Positions 9,210-18,580 of a stretch of 64,000 bases of DNA are shown here, piece by piece. The stretch is from assembly GCA_050010115.1 (NCBI GenBank), contig JBEKLQ010000001.1, forward strand, positions 5,091 through 69,090, written 5' to 3'. Position 1 is the stretch's first letter; the number at the start of each line of letters is the position of its first letter. Position numbers and translations under genes: made by a program. The notes under the pieces are model-generated. The model saw only the letters and a program-made list of their open reading frames with translations. It was not told where the DNA came from and did no database searches. The DNA is from Acidimicrobiales bacterium. Lineage in GTDB: Bacteria; Actinomycetota; Acidimicrobiia; Acidimicrobiales; Bog-793.

Positions 9210-9246
9210 GGCGGTGTCACTTCCTCAGCTCAGCCGGGGCGTCCGC

Positions 9247-9921
9247 CTACCCGAGGCGGTAGCCGACGCCTCTCAGGGTGGTGAGCGGGAGGTCGGGGCC
9301 GAGTTTCTTGCGGAGCTGGGCGATGTGCACGTCGACGGTTCGCTCGTCGCCGTACCAGCCGCTGCCCCAGGCTCCGTCGAGGAGTTGCTGGCGGCTCAAC
9401 ACGAAGCCCCGATTCGCAGCCAGCCACGCCAGCAGATCGAACTCGCGTGTCGTGAGCTGCACGAGCTGGCCATCGGCACGGACTTCTCTCCGGTCGAGGT
9501 CGATGACGACGTTGCCGATCTCGACGGTCGCCTGCTGGGTGGGGGAACGCTCTGTTCGTCTGAGCACGGCGCGGACGCGGGCCACGAGCTCGCGCGGTGA
9601 GAAGGGCTTCGTGAGGTAGTCGTCAGCGCCGAGCTCTAGCCCGAGGACTCGGTCGATCTCGTCGTCCCGGGCGGTGAGGAACAGCAAGGGGAGGTCGCTC
9701 TCGGCTCTGACAGTGCGACAGACATCGTACCCGTCGCGGTCGCCTGGGAGGCCTATGTCGAGGATCACCATGCGCGGGCGCTCCTGCCGGATGAGCTCGA
9801 GGCCGCGGTCGGCGTCCCCGGCCGTCAACACACGCCAGCCCTCTCGGCGGAGGTACAGGTCGACGAGGTCGGCGATGTTGCCGTCATCCTCGATGACGAT
9901 GATCGTGCCAGTCTCTGTCAC
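9247..9921 (-). CDS. OmpR/PhoB-family response regulator
   Basis: Receiver 'IIVIEDDGNIADLV...MVILDIGLPGDRDG...YLTKPFSPRELVARV' plus a winged-helix domain, 'LTTREFDLLAWLAANRGFVLSRQQLL...RTVDVHIAQLRKKL...RGVGYRL'. Confidence 0.92.
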   Translation of the reverse strand: MTETGTIIVIEDDGNIADLVDLYLRREGWRVLTAGDADRGLELIRQERPRMVILDIGLPGDRDGYDVCRTVRAESDLPLLFLTARDDEIDRVLGLELGADDYLTKPFSPRELVARVRAVLRRTERSPTQQATVEIGNVVIDLDRREVRADGQLVQLTTREFDLLAWLAANRGFVLSRQQLLDGAWGSGWYGDERTVDVHIAQLRKKLGPDLPLTTLRGVGYRLG

Positions 9922-10044
9922 CGCCAGGTCTCCTCGTCTGTCGGGTGCGGTTGTGCCTCAGCCTCGCGCCGGCAAGCCCAGCGAGGCGGGACGATGCCCT
10001 CCTCACTGGGCTCGGGCTCGAGCCGGAGTGCGGTGCGGTCTCGC

Positions 10045-10557
10045 TCAGCTGCTGGCGGAAGACGCCGCCGGGGCTCGCGCCCACACGACGAGGGCATTGC
10101 CGCCGGCACCCTGGGCAAGGACGACGCGGTCACCGGACTTCAGCTGCGACTCCGGGAGACCCGGGAATCTCGTGGACGAGGTGATCGTGGCGCTGACGGT
10201 CGGGCCGTCAGGCCGGACGATCGAGATCGACGTGGACGAGTCCGACTTGAGCGAGCCCTTGTCGATGTCCAGGGTCTTGTAGCCCTGGGCGGTGTCGACG
10301 ATCAAGTTGGCGTGGACGGTGTGGAGAACCAGCCAGATGACGTCCTGGCGAAGCTGGCCCCGGCTCACGTTGGCTCCACCGAGGATCGTCGAGGAGGCGC
10401 TCGCCGCGCTCGCCGTACTCAACTGCGCCGAGGGTGCCGGGGCCGGCGCGGCCGACGGCGTGGTGGCCATGGCGACTCCGCCGGCGGCGAGCGCGATCAC
10501 GACGGCTCCACCGGTCATAGCGAGCAGCCTGGCCTTCAGTGAGTGCTTGGACTGCAT
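10045..10557 (-). CDS. Secreted hypothetical protein, first gene of the two-component operon
   Basis: ATG at 10557 is preceded by GGAGGAG (reverse complement of 10561-10570). Signal-like N-terminus 'MQSKHSLKARLLAMTGGAVVIALAAGGVAMA'. I recognise no motif. Confidence 0.7.
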   Translation of the reverse strand: MQSKHSLKARLLAMTGGAVVIALAAGGVAMATTPSAAPAPAPSAQLSTASAASASSTILGGANVSRGQLRQDVIWLVLHTVHANLIVDTAQGYKTLDIDKGSLKSDSSTSISIVRPDGPTVSATITSSTRFPGLPESQLKSGDRVVLAQGAGGNALVVWARAPAASSASS

Positions 10558-10645
10558 GGTTTCTCTCCTCCTACCTGGCAAGGCCAGGATCGTTCGTTGG
10601 TGATCTCAATTCCAAACCTCTGGCGTGATGTGGTCGTGAGCGAAC

Positions 10646-10662
10646 TGTTAGGGCTGTGTTAG
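10646..10662 (-). promoter_or_regulatory. Candidate response-regulator box: direct repeat CTAACA-N5-CTAACA (11-bp phasing)
   Basis: TGTTAG occurs on the plus strand at 10646-10651 and 10657-10662, about 90-105 nt upstream of the ATG at 10557. One-helical-turn spacing is typical of OmpR-family sites. Based on sequence pattern only. Confidence 0.25.
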
Positions 10663-10753
10663 CCGTGGGCGGGAACGAGCCGGTAATCGCCTCACCGTTC
10701 GATCGCCTCCGGCACCGCTTGGGCCGGCCGTCGCCGGGACCCGAGCCGGTACC

Positions 10754-13654
10754 GTGTCGGACGATGCCGTCGGAAACCACGTGATCGCCACCGAGGACCT
10801 TGCCGCCGGCTCCACGTCACTGCTGGTCGGGCTCGATGTCACGTTCGTGCCGGGCGATCCGCCTCGGGCCGGCAGCTACGCCGTGTTCCGGGCGGGCGGC
10901 ACCGAACGTTCTGGTGCCGTCGACGACCAGCTGGCGGCTCTCGGCGAGCTGGGCAGCATCGAGCTCGTCCTTCCGGCCGGCAAGTCCGTTCGCCGGAGGC
11001 GCGTCACCGCCGCCCTCCTGCCCACTGCGACCGCGCTCCCGCTCTTGCTCGACCTCGAAGACACTCCGGCCACGACGTCTTCAGCGAGGATCTGGAGTGC
11101 CGTACTGACCGCAGGCATCGGCTTGATCGCCAGGGGCCGCCTCCATCCGGCCGTGAGCTCGAGCGGTGCCGATACGTGGCGTGCCGGCCCGCTCGACCCT
11201 GCCGACCACCGGCTCGCAGACGAGCTCGGGGCCGCCATGCCGCCGCTCGCGCATGCGGTCCCACTGGCGTCCTCCGGGCCGCTCAGGGTGCACTCGGTGG
11301 AGTGGCTCGTCAGGGCGGCCTGGGACGCACTCGCCGACACGCTGCCGCGGACTTCAGCAGCTGCAACGGCCAGCGGTTCGGCAATGTTCGCCGCTACGGA
11401 GGCGACGCCGGCGACCGGGCTGCGCTCCTGGCTCGCCGAGGCATCTGCCGGTCTCGACGGCGGGGCGAGCTTCGCCCTGCGCATCCAGCTCGGCGATTCC
11501 ATCGAGCCTCAGTCGAGGGGCGCGCTCCAGATCACCAGCACGGCCGATCCGAGCCTCGTCGTGGACGCTGCCGACTTGTTCTCCATGCCGGCGGCCGTGC
11601 TCGCCCGCTTTGGCGCCGACACCGAGCGCGATCTCCTACTGGCGCTCCGCCGCGGCGCAAGAGCCTGGCGACCGATCGGCTCCCTCCTCAGCCAACGTGT
11701 CCCGGATTCGCTCCCGCTCGACGACGACCTGCTCGCCGAGCTCATCCTCGACGGCGCGAGCGAGCTCGAGAGCGCCGGCATCTCGGTGCTGTGGCCGGCC
11801 GAGCTGCTCACCGGCGGGCTTGCCCTCCGGGCGGCTGTCACGCCGGTTCCGGCCGCAGTGGTGGCGGCGGGCTTGGATCTCGGGGCACTGCTCGAGTTCA
11901 GGTTCGAGCTGACCGTCGGCGGCGAGGCACTCAGTGCTGAAGAGATCGACCTGCTTGCCGAAGCAAAGCGCGGCCTGGTCCGGATCCGAGGTCGCTTCAT
12001 CGCCGTAGATGCCGCCATGATCGCCAAGGCCCAGGCGCGCCAGGCGCGGCGGATCACGGCAGCCGAAGCCCTCGGCGCGTTGCTCGGCGGGAAGCTGGAG
12101 GTTGACGGTGAGCTCGTCGACGTCGTCACCGACGGTCCGGTAGCCGAACTGGCCGACCGGCTCCGGGGCCTGTCGGCGGGCGCACTGGAGGGACTCTCGC
12201 CACCCGAAGGTCTCATCGCCGAGCTGAGGCCGTACCAGATGCGCGGCGTGACCTGGCTCGTGGGCATGTGCGAGCTCGGCCTCGGCGGCTGCCTCGCCGA
12301 CGACATGGGGCTCGGCAAGACGGTCCAAGTGATCGCTCTCCACCTGCACCGCCACGGCGAATCGGCTCGAGGTCGAGGCGGCGAACGAGACGCGCCTACC
12401 CCGACGCTCGTCGTCTGCCCGACGTCGCTGCTCGGCAACTGGGAGCGTGAGCTGCAGAAGTTCGCCCCCACGGTGCCGGTGCGCCGCTTCCACGGTGGAG
12501 ACCGTCATCTCGACGATCTCGCCACCGGCGAGGTCGTGCTCACCACGTACGGCATCTTGAGGAGGGAGAGGGTGGCGCTGGGGGAGGCGGGTTTTGAGCT
12601 GGTGGTCGCCGACGAGGCACAACACGCGAAGAACCCGCTCTCCGATACGGCGAAGGCGCTTCGTTCCGTGCCCGCCCAGGCGAGGGTCGCCCTCACCGGG
12701 ACGCCGGTCGAGAACCGGCTGACCGAGCTGTGGTCGATCCTCGACTGGACGACGCCGGGGCTCCTCGGGCCGCTCGAGCGCTTCCGGCGGACCGTCGCCG
12801 TCGCAATCGAGCGCAACCGTGACGCCGAGGCGACCGATCGCTTGTCGAACGCCGTTCGGCCCTTCGTGCTTCGCCGGCGCAAGACCGATCCGGCGATCGC
12901 GCCGGACCTCCCCGAACGAACCGTTACGGACCTCGCCGTGCCGCTCACGACCGAGCAGGTCTCGCTCTACGAGGCCGAGGTCCGCGAGGCGCTCGAGGCG
13001 ATCGCCAAGAAGGACGGGATCGCTCGCCAGGGCCTAGTGCTCCGTCTGCTCACCGTGCTGAAGCAGATCTGCAACCACCCGGCTCAGTACCTGCATCAGC
13101 CGGGGCCACTGCCGGGCCGCTCGGGCAAGCTGGTTGCCCTGGAGGAATTGCTCGACGTCATCGTGGGGGCCGGCGACTCGGTCCTCGTCTTCAGCCAATT
13201 CGTGGAGATGTGCTCCCTCATCGAGGCCCACCTCGCCACGCTCCGGATCCCGACGCTGTTCCTCCACGGCGGCGTGCCAGCCCGCAAGCGTGACGAGATG
13301 GTGGCGAACTTCCAGGCCGGCGCCGTCCCGGTGTTCCTCCTGTCGCTCAAAGCCGGCGGCGTCGGCCTCAACCTCACGCAGGCGACGCACGTCATCCACT
13401 ACGACCGCTGGTGGAACCCTGCCGTCGAGGACCAGGCGAGCGACCGGGCGCACCGCATAGGCCAGCGGCGAGCGGTGCAGATCCACCGGCTCGTGTGCGA
13501 AGGCACCCTCGAGGACCGGATCGCCGCGCTCCTCGAAGCCAAGCGTTCCCTCGCCGAATCCGTCGTCGGCCAAGGTGAGGCGTGGATCGGCGACCTGAGC
13601 GACGCGGAGCTGGCGGCGCTCGTGCGTCTCGGGACCGCCGGCGGTGACCCATGA
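10754..13654 (+). CDS. SNF2/SWI2-family DEAD/H helicase-like ATPase with a long N-terminal region of unknown function
   Basis: 'LRPYQMRGVTWLV', 'LADDMGLGKTVQ' (motif I), 'VVADEAQHAKN' (motif II), 'ALTGTPVENRLTELWS', and the helicase-C motif 'GGVGLNLTQATHVIHYDRWWNPAVEDQASDRAHRIGQ'. Confidence 0.9.
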   Translation: MSDDAVGNHVIATEDLAAGSTSLLVGLDVTFVPGDPPRAGSYAVFRAGGTERSGAVDDQLAALGELGSIELVLPAGKSVRRRRVTAALLPTATALPLLLDLEDTPATTSSARIWSAVLTAGIGLIARGRLHPAVSSSGADTWRAGPLDPADHRLADELGAAMPPLAHAVPLASSGPLRVHSVEWLVRAAWDALADTLPRTSAAATASGSAMFAATEATPATGLRSWLAEASAGLDGGASFALRIQLGDSIEPQSRGALQITSTADPSLVVDAADLFSMPAAVLARFGADTERDLLLALRRGARAWRPIGSLLSQRVPDSLPLDDDLLAELILDGASELESAGISVLWPAELLTGGLALRAAVTPVPAAVVAAGLDLGALLEFRFELTVGGEALSAEEIDLLAEAKRGLVRIRGRFIAVDAAMIAKAQARQARRITAAEALGALLGGKLEVDGELVDVVTDGPVAELADRLRGLSAGALEGLSPPEGLIAELRPYQMRGVTWLVGMCELGLGGCLADDMGLGKTVQVIALHLHRHGESARGRGGERDAPTPTLVVCPTSLLGNWERELQKFAPTVPVRRFHGGDRHLDDLATGEVVLTTYGILRRERVALGEAGFELVVADEAQHAKNPLSDTAKALRSVPAQARVALTGTPVENRLTELWSILDWTTPGLLGPLERFRRTVAVAIERNRDAEATDRLSNAVRPFVLRRRKTDPAIAPDLPERTVTDLAVPLTTEQVSLYEAEVREALEAIAKKDGIARQGLVLRLLTVLKQICNHPAQYLHQPGPLPGRSGKLVALEELLDVIVGAGDSVLVFSQFVEMCSLIEAHLATLRIPTLFLHGGVPARKRDEMVANFQAGAVPVFLLSLKAGGVGLNLTQATHVIHYDRWWNPAVEDQASDRAHRIGQRRAVQIHRLVCEGTLEDRIAALLEAKRSLAESVVGQGEAWIGDLSDAELAALVRLGTAGGDP

Positions 13655-14973
13655 GCTGGTACCCGCCCAAGCCCAAGCGCCGGCCCGGCTCCGGTCCTTG
13701 GCGCTCTGCCGGCAAACGCCCGTTTGGCGCCACCTGGTGGGGCAAAGCGTGGGTGGACGCACTCGAGCAGCGTGCCCGGCTCGATCCGAACCGGCTGCCG
13801 CGAGGCCGTACCTATGCCCGGACTGGCGCAGTCGGCGACCTTGAGATCGGGCTCGGACAGATCGTGGCTGCCGTGCAGGGCTCCCGGGCCAAGCCGTACA
13901 AGGTGACCGTGAGGGTGCGGGCGTACACCCCGCAGGAGTGGGAGCGGACCCTGGCGGCGCTCGCGAGCCAGGTGGGGCACCTCGCCGCCTTGCTCGACGG
14001 GGAGCTGCCGCCCGGCGTCGCTGACGACCTCGCCGCCGCCGGGCTCGACCTGTTGCCGGTGGCGGGCGAGGTGCAGCCGCGCTGCTCGTGCCCGGACTGG
14101 GCCGAGCCGTGCAAGCACTCGGCGGCCGTGTGCTACCTCGTGGCGGACACTCTCGATGCCGACCCGTTCCAGCTCTTCGTGTTGCGAGGAAAGGAGCGTG
14201 AGTCGCTGCTGGCTGGCCTTCGCGCTCGCCGAGCGGCGGCGATCGCGGCCAATGCGGCAGCACCCGGCGCGTCCGGAACCGCTGGCCGTGTGAGTGGCGG
14301 GGGTATCGAACCGGACGTTTCGGCGTCGTGGGGGCAGGATGCCGGCGTGGGCGCCAAGCAGGCCTGGGAGCGGTGGGCTGCGAGCCACTCCGACGGGCTG
14401 CAGAGCCAGCTTCATCCGACGATCCCGGCAGTCCCCCTTCCGCCGGCCAAGCCGGGACGGCCGACCGTCCTGGCGACCGATCCGCCGGAAGGATCGGGGC
14501 TCACCGCGGACGCGCTGCTGGGCCTCGCCGCCGACGCCGTACAACGCGCTTGGGAGATCGCCCACGGCGAGCGGAGCACCGGGCTCGAACTGAGCGCCGG
14601 TCAGGACCTCGCCCGGCGGGCTGCAGCGACGCTGGCGCACGGCTCGACCACTCACGACCTGCCTGAGCTCGCCCGCGCCGCCGGCATCCCAGCCCGCGAG
14701 CTCTTGCGGCAGGCGCTCGCCTGGCGGGACGGCGGACCGGAGGGCTTGGCGGTGCTGCTCGAGACCTGGGACCCACCGGCCGCAGCCATGGCGGGCGCCC
14801 GCGACCTGCTCGGCCAGCCCGCGACCATCCGCCGCAACCGGGCCACGATCGAGGATCGCCAGCTACGGTTGGGCCGGGACGGGCGTTGGTACCCGTACCG
14901 CCGCGCAGGTCGGGCTGGCTCGGCTTGGGACCCTGATGGCCTCCCGATCGACGAGGGCGATCACGACCGGTGA
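13651..14973 (+). CDS. SWIM zinc-finger protein, partner of the SNF2 ATPase
   Basis: SWIM motif 'CSCPDWAEPCKHSAAVCYLV'. The ATG overlaps the SNF2 stop (ATGA at 13651-13654). Confidence 0.85.
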   Translation: MSWYPPKPKRRPGSGPWRSAGKRPFGATWWGKAWVDALEQRARLDPNRLPRGRTYARTGAVGDLEIGLGQIVAAVQGSRAKPYKVTVRVRAYTPQEWERTLAALASQVGHLAALLDGELPPGVADDLAAAGLDLLPVAGEVQPRCSCPDWAEPCKHSAAVCYLVADTLDADPFQLFVLRGKERESLLAGLRARRAAAIAANAAAPGASGTAGRVSGGGIEPDVSASWGQDAGVGAKQAWERWAASHSDGLQSQLHPTIPAVPLPPAKPGRPTVLATDPPEGSGLTADALLGLAADAVQRAWEIAHGERSTGLELSAGQDLARRAAATLAHGSTTHDLPELARAAGIPARELLRQALAWRDGGPEGLAVLLETWDPPAAAMAGARDLLGQPATIRRNRATIEDRQLRLGRDGRWYPYRRAGRAGSAWDPDGLPIDEGDHDR

Positions 14974-14976
14974 GGT

Positions 14977-16407
14977 TCAGCCTCGCAGTGAGCGCCTGAC
15001 CTCGAGCTTCTTCGAGACCCCAGCTGCGCCTTTGTACAGCAGCTCTGCCGGCCCCAGCTCGTCGGGCCGGCAGAGGTTCGCCATGACCCGGAGAACCGTC
15101 GACATGAGCGGCTTGGAGTACATCCCGGCGCCGACCATCCCACGCATGAGCGTCGGGTTGCCGATCACCTTCACAAAACCTCGCGCCACCGCGTAGTACC
15201 GCCCGTACTCGGATTGCAGCCGCTGCTCGTAGGCCTCGAGGGTGTATCGGTCCGGCCGCTCCAAGACGTTGGCGATTGTGTCGGCAGCAAATCGCCCCGT
15301 CTCGTAGCCATAGGCGATTCCCTCGCCGTTGAAGGGGTTGATGGCACCGATGGCGTCGCCCGTCATCACGAAGTCGCCGCCCACCCGGGGGCCTACAGCC
15401 AGCCCCATCGGCAGCCGGCCACCCGTCGGGACGCTGCAGGCGGTCGAGGGGGAGATGCACCAGGACTTCGGGGCGAAGTCGACGAACTGCTCCAGCAACT
15501 TGGTCGTGTTGAGGCCCTTCCAGCGCTCCGTCGTGGACAGCAGGCCGATACCGACGTTCACCCGCCCGTCGCCGAGGGGGAAGATCCAGCCGTAGCCGGG
15601 CACGACGTTGCCCTCGCGGTCACGGATGTCGAGGTGGGACTCGATGAACGCGTCGTCGTGGCGCGGTGACCGGAAGTAGCCCCGGATCGCCATGCCTTGG
15701 GGGTAGGACTTGTTCCTCGAGGCGCCGAGCGCCCGCCCGAACCGGGACAGCGAACCGTCGGCCACGATGACGTACTTCGCGTGGACCTCGGTGCGGGTGC
15801 CCCGGTCCTTGTCGACGACGATGGCGCCGCCGGCGCGGCGGGTGGTCGTGCCGGTCGCGCCGGCGGGGCCGTCTGCGGTCCCGCCGGCGGTGCCGTCTGC
15901 GGTGCCGTCTGCGGAACCGTCTGCGGGCCTGGTCTCCAGCGGGGCGACCGCTTCGGCTCCCTGCCAGACAGTGGCACCCGCCTTCTCGGCCTGCTCGCAG
16001 ACGAGCCCGTCGAGATCGAACCGGGTCACCGTGTACCCGTAGGACGGGTAGTCGGGGTGCGCGGGCCACGACATCTCGAACTCCCGGCCGAACGCGACCG
16101 AGCGGAGGCCGGTGTGCCGGTGACGGCCGGCGAGCGCGCTCTCCAGGCCCATGTCCTGGAGCTGGCGGACCGACCTCGGGGTCAGGCCGTCGCCGCAGGT
16201 CTTCTCGCGGGGGAAGTGCTTCTTCTCGATGCACAGGACGTCGACGCCACGGTCCGCGAGCCAGTACGCCGCTGCCGAGCCGCTCGGGCCGCCGCCAACC
16301 ACGAGGACGTCGCAGCGGTGCTCGGCGGGGCGGGGTGGGTGGAGTCCTTCGGGCTTCGCCACAACTCGAATATTAGGGGAGCGAGGCGGGGGATCCGGGC
16401 TCGCCAC
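14977..16407 (-). CDS. Geranylgeranyl-reductase-family FAD-dependent oxidoreductase (menaquinone/prenyl reductase-like)
   Basis: 'DVLVVGGGPSGSAAAYWLADRGVDVLCIEKKHFPREKTCGDGLTP' and 'GDAIGAINPFNGEGI'. Contains an Ala/Asp/Gly/Thr repeat insertion. The start codon is uncertain. Confidence 0.82.
   Translation of the reverse strand: MASPDPPPRSPNIRVVAKPEGLHPPRPAEHRCDVLVVGGGPSGSAAAYWLADRGVDVLCIEKKHFPREKTCGDGLTPRSVRQLQDMGLESALAGRHRHTGLRSVAFGREFEMSWPAHPDYPSYGYTVTRFDLDGLVCEQAEKAGATVWQGAEAVAPLETRPADGSADGTADGTAGGTADGPAGATGTTTRRAGGAIVVDKDRGTRTEVHAKYVIVADGSLSRFGRALGASRNKSYPQGMAIRGYFRSPRHDDAFIESHLDIRDREGNVVPGYGWIFPLGDGRVNVGIGLLSTTERWKGLNTTKLLEQFVDFAPKSWCISPSTACSVPTGGRLPMGLAVGPRVGGDFVMTGDAIGAINPFNGEGIAYGYETGRFAADTIANVLERPDRYTLEAYEQRLQSEYGRYYAVARGFVKVIGNPTLMRGMVGAGMYSKPLMSTVLRVMANLCRPDELGPAELLYKGAAGVSKKLEVRRSLRG
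15869..15926. repeat. In-frame 12-bp tandem repeat (CCGTCTGCGGTG-like) inside the prenyl reductase gene
   Basis: 'CCGTCTGCGG' occurs at 15869, 15893, 15905 and 15917. It encodes 'ADGSADGTADGTAGGTADG' on the minus strand. Confidence 0.8.
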
Positions 16408-16481
16408 GGGAGCAGGCCGACCGCGTAGTGTGGCCGGTGCTCGGCACGCGCTGAGCGAAGGAGGAGCGAAGGAGCCGGGAC

Positions 16482-18518
16482 ATGGCCGCGCTTTCGAGCA
16501 ACCACTCCGGCGGAGGGCAGGACCGCCGCCCGACGAGACACGCCGCCGGCAGGCTCAAGGGCGGGCTCACCATCGGGCTGAGCGTCGCGACGCTCATGGC
16601 GACGGCGGCACCGGCGGGGGCGGCGAGCACCTGGTCGGTGACCGCCATCTCGCCCGCGCCCCCCTACGCGCTGAGGAGCGAGATCGCCGGGATCTCATGC
16701 CCGTCGCCGGCGCTGTGCGTGGCGGTCACCCAGAACGGTGAGATCCTGACGTCGACCGACCCGACCTCGAGCGGCACCTGGGAAGCGGCGCATGTCGATG
16801 GCAACCGTAGCTTCGACGCCGTGTCGTGCCCGTCGACGAAGCTGTGCGTGGCCGTGGACGATCACGGCAGCGTCGCCACCTCCACCAGCCCGGTGGCTGG
16901 AGCTTGGGTGCTCGCGGCCGACGGTTTCGTCGGAACCGCGATCTCGTGCCCGACCACGAAGCTGTGCGTGGCGGGGGCCGGCGGGTCGATCTACACGTCG
17001 GCGGCGCCGGCGGGCGGCCCGAGCGCCTGGTCGGGGGTAGCCGTCGACGGCCCGCGGTACATCGCCTCGTTGTCCTGCCCATCGAAGTCGCTGTGCGTAG
17101 CGGGTGACGACGACGGCAACGTGCTCGATTCGGTGGATCCGGAGGCGGGGGAGTGGTCGGTCACGCCGGTCGACGGGACTGACCCCGTGACGGCGATGTC
17201 CTGCCTGGCCAGCTCGCGTTGCACCGGGACGGATCTGAACGGCGACGTGCTGACCTCCACGGCTCCCACCGGCGGGACGAGCGCCTGGACGGTCACGCAG
17301 GTCGACACGTCCGGCGGGCACGCAGTGGCGCTCGAATCGATGGCGTGCCCCACCAAGACACTGTGCGTAGCCGGCGACGTCGAGGGCGACGTGGTGACGT
17401 CGGCGCACCCATGGGCGACCAAGCCCGCCTGGGTGGTCACTGACCTCGGGGTGGCGCCCATCTACTCGATCGCCTGCGCATCCGCGACCGCATGCGCCGG
17501 CGGCGACGCCGCCGGGGACGTCGTGGCGTCGGCCAGCCCGGCCGGAGGATCGAGCGCCTGGGTCGTCACGACAGGAACCGACGACACGTACCCGATCGAT
17601 GCGATGTCGTGCGCCAAGGCGACGCTGTGCGCCGGGGTCGACTGGTTCGGGGACGTCATCACCTCGATCAACCCGACCGGCGGCGCCGGCGCCTGGACCG
17701 TCCGCAGCATCGATGTCCATTCTGGCGAGTACTACGAGCTCACCGGCGTCTCCTGCCCGGCGTCGACCCTGTGCGTGGCGGTGGACGCGCTCGGCGAAGC
17801 GCTCACCTCGACCGCTCCGGCGGATGCGGCGCAGCCGTGGTCAACCGTCGGCATCGCCGAGGGGCGGACACTCACCGGGATCTCCTGCCCGTCGAAGCGA
17901 CTCTGCGTCGCCGTCGACGGTGACGGCGACATCGTCACTTCGACGAACCCGGCGGCGGGGTCGAAAGCCAAGTGGGTCATGGACGACTTCGTCGACCCGG
18001 CCGGCGATATCGCGGCCATCTCCTGCGCCAGCCCGACGATGTGCGTCGCCGTTGACTACCGCGGCGATGTGCTGACCTCGAGCGACCCGACCGGCGGAGC
18101 CAGCGCCTGGGTGGTGGCCACGGGTGCCGATACGAGCGCGCTCGACTCGGTGTCGTGCCCGAGCACCAAGCTGTGCGTGGCCGCGGACGCCGATGGCGGC
18201 GTGATCACGTCCACCGACCCGACCGGCGGCGCCGGCGAATGGGCCCGGACGGACGTGGACGGCGACAACTACCTGTTCACCGTCTCCTGTGCCGGCGCCA
18301 AAGCGTGCACCGCCGGTGACGACGAGGGTGATGTCGTGACCTCGGCCGACCCCGTGGGCGGCTCAGGCGCGTGGACGGCGACAAACGTCGACGGCAACAA
18401 TTGGGTGCTGGGCCTGTCGTGCCCGACCTCCACGATGTGCGCGGGCGGCGACAATGCCTACGACGTGTTGACGAGCTCGTCAGCTGCCGCGCTCCGAGCA
18501 GCCGGGAACCGGGCCTGA
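16482..18518 (+). CDS. Secreted protein of 14 tandem ~45-aa Cys-pair repeats (beta-propeller-like), function unknown
   Basis: GAAGGAG RBS and signal-like 'LSVATLMATAAPAGAAS'. Fourteen repeats follow the pattern [ILVM]SC[PA]xxxxC[VA][AG]..D..G[DN]V[LIV]TS..P.GG..AW. GC3 is high throughout. Confidence 0.85.
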   Translation: MAALSSNHSGGGQDRRPTRHAAGRLKGGLTIGLSVATLMATAAPAGAASTWSVTAISPAPPYALRSEIAGISCPSPALCVAVTQNGEILTSTDPTSSGTWEAAHVDGNRSFDAVSCPSTKLCVAVDDHGSVATSTSPVAGAWVLAADGFVGTAISCPTTKLCVAGAGGSIYTSAAPAGGPSAWSGVAVDGPRYIASLSCPSKSLCVAGDDDGNVLDSVDPEAGEWSVTPVDGTDPVTAMSCLASSRCTGTDLNGDVLTSTAPTGGTSAWTVTQVDTSGGHAVALESMACPTKTLCVAGDVEGDVVTSAHPWATKPAWVVTDLGVAPIYSIACASATACAGGDAAGDVVASASPAGGSSAWVVTTGTDDTYPIDAMSCAKATLCAGVDWFGDVITSINPTGGAGAWTVRSIDVHSGEYYELTGVSCPASTLCVAVDALGEALTSTAPADAAQPWSTVGIAEGRTLTGISCPSKRLCVAVDGDGDIVTSTNPAAGSKAKWVMDDFVDPAGDIAAISCASPTMCVAVDYRGDVLTSSDPTGGASAWVVATGADTSALDSVSCPSTKLCVAADADGGVITSTDPTGGAGEWARTDVDGDNYLFTVSCAGAKACTAGDDEGDVVTSADPVGGSGAWTATNVDGNNWVLGLSCPTSTMCAGGDNAYDVLTSSSAAALRAAGNRA

Positions 18519-18580
18519 CCGAAGAAACCCCGCCTCTGATGTGACCGGCCGCGAAGGCGCGTGGTAGAACCGACCGCGCC

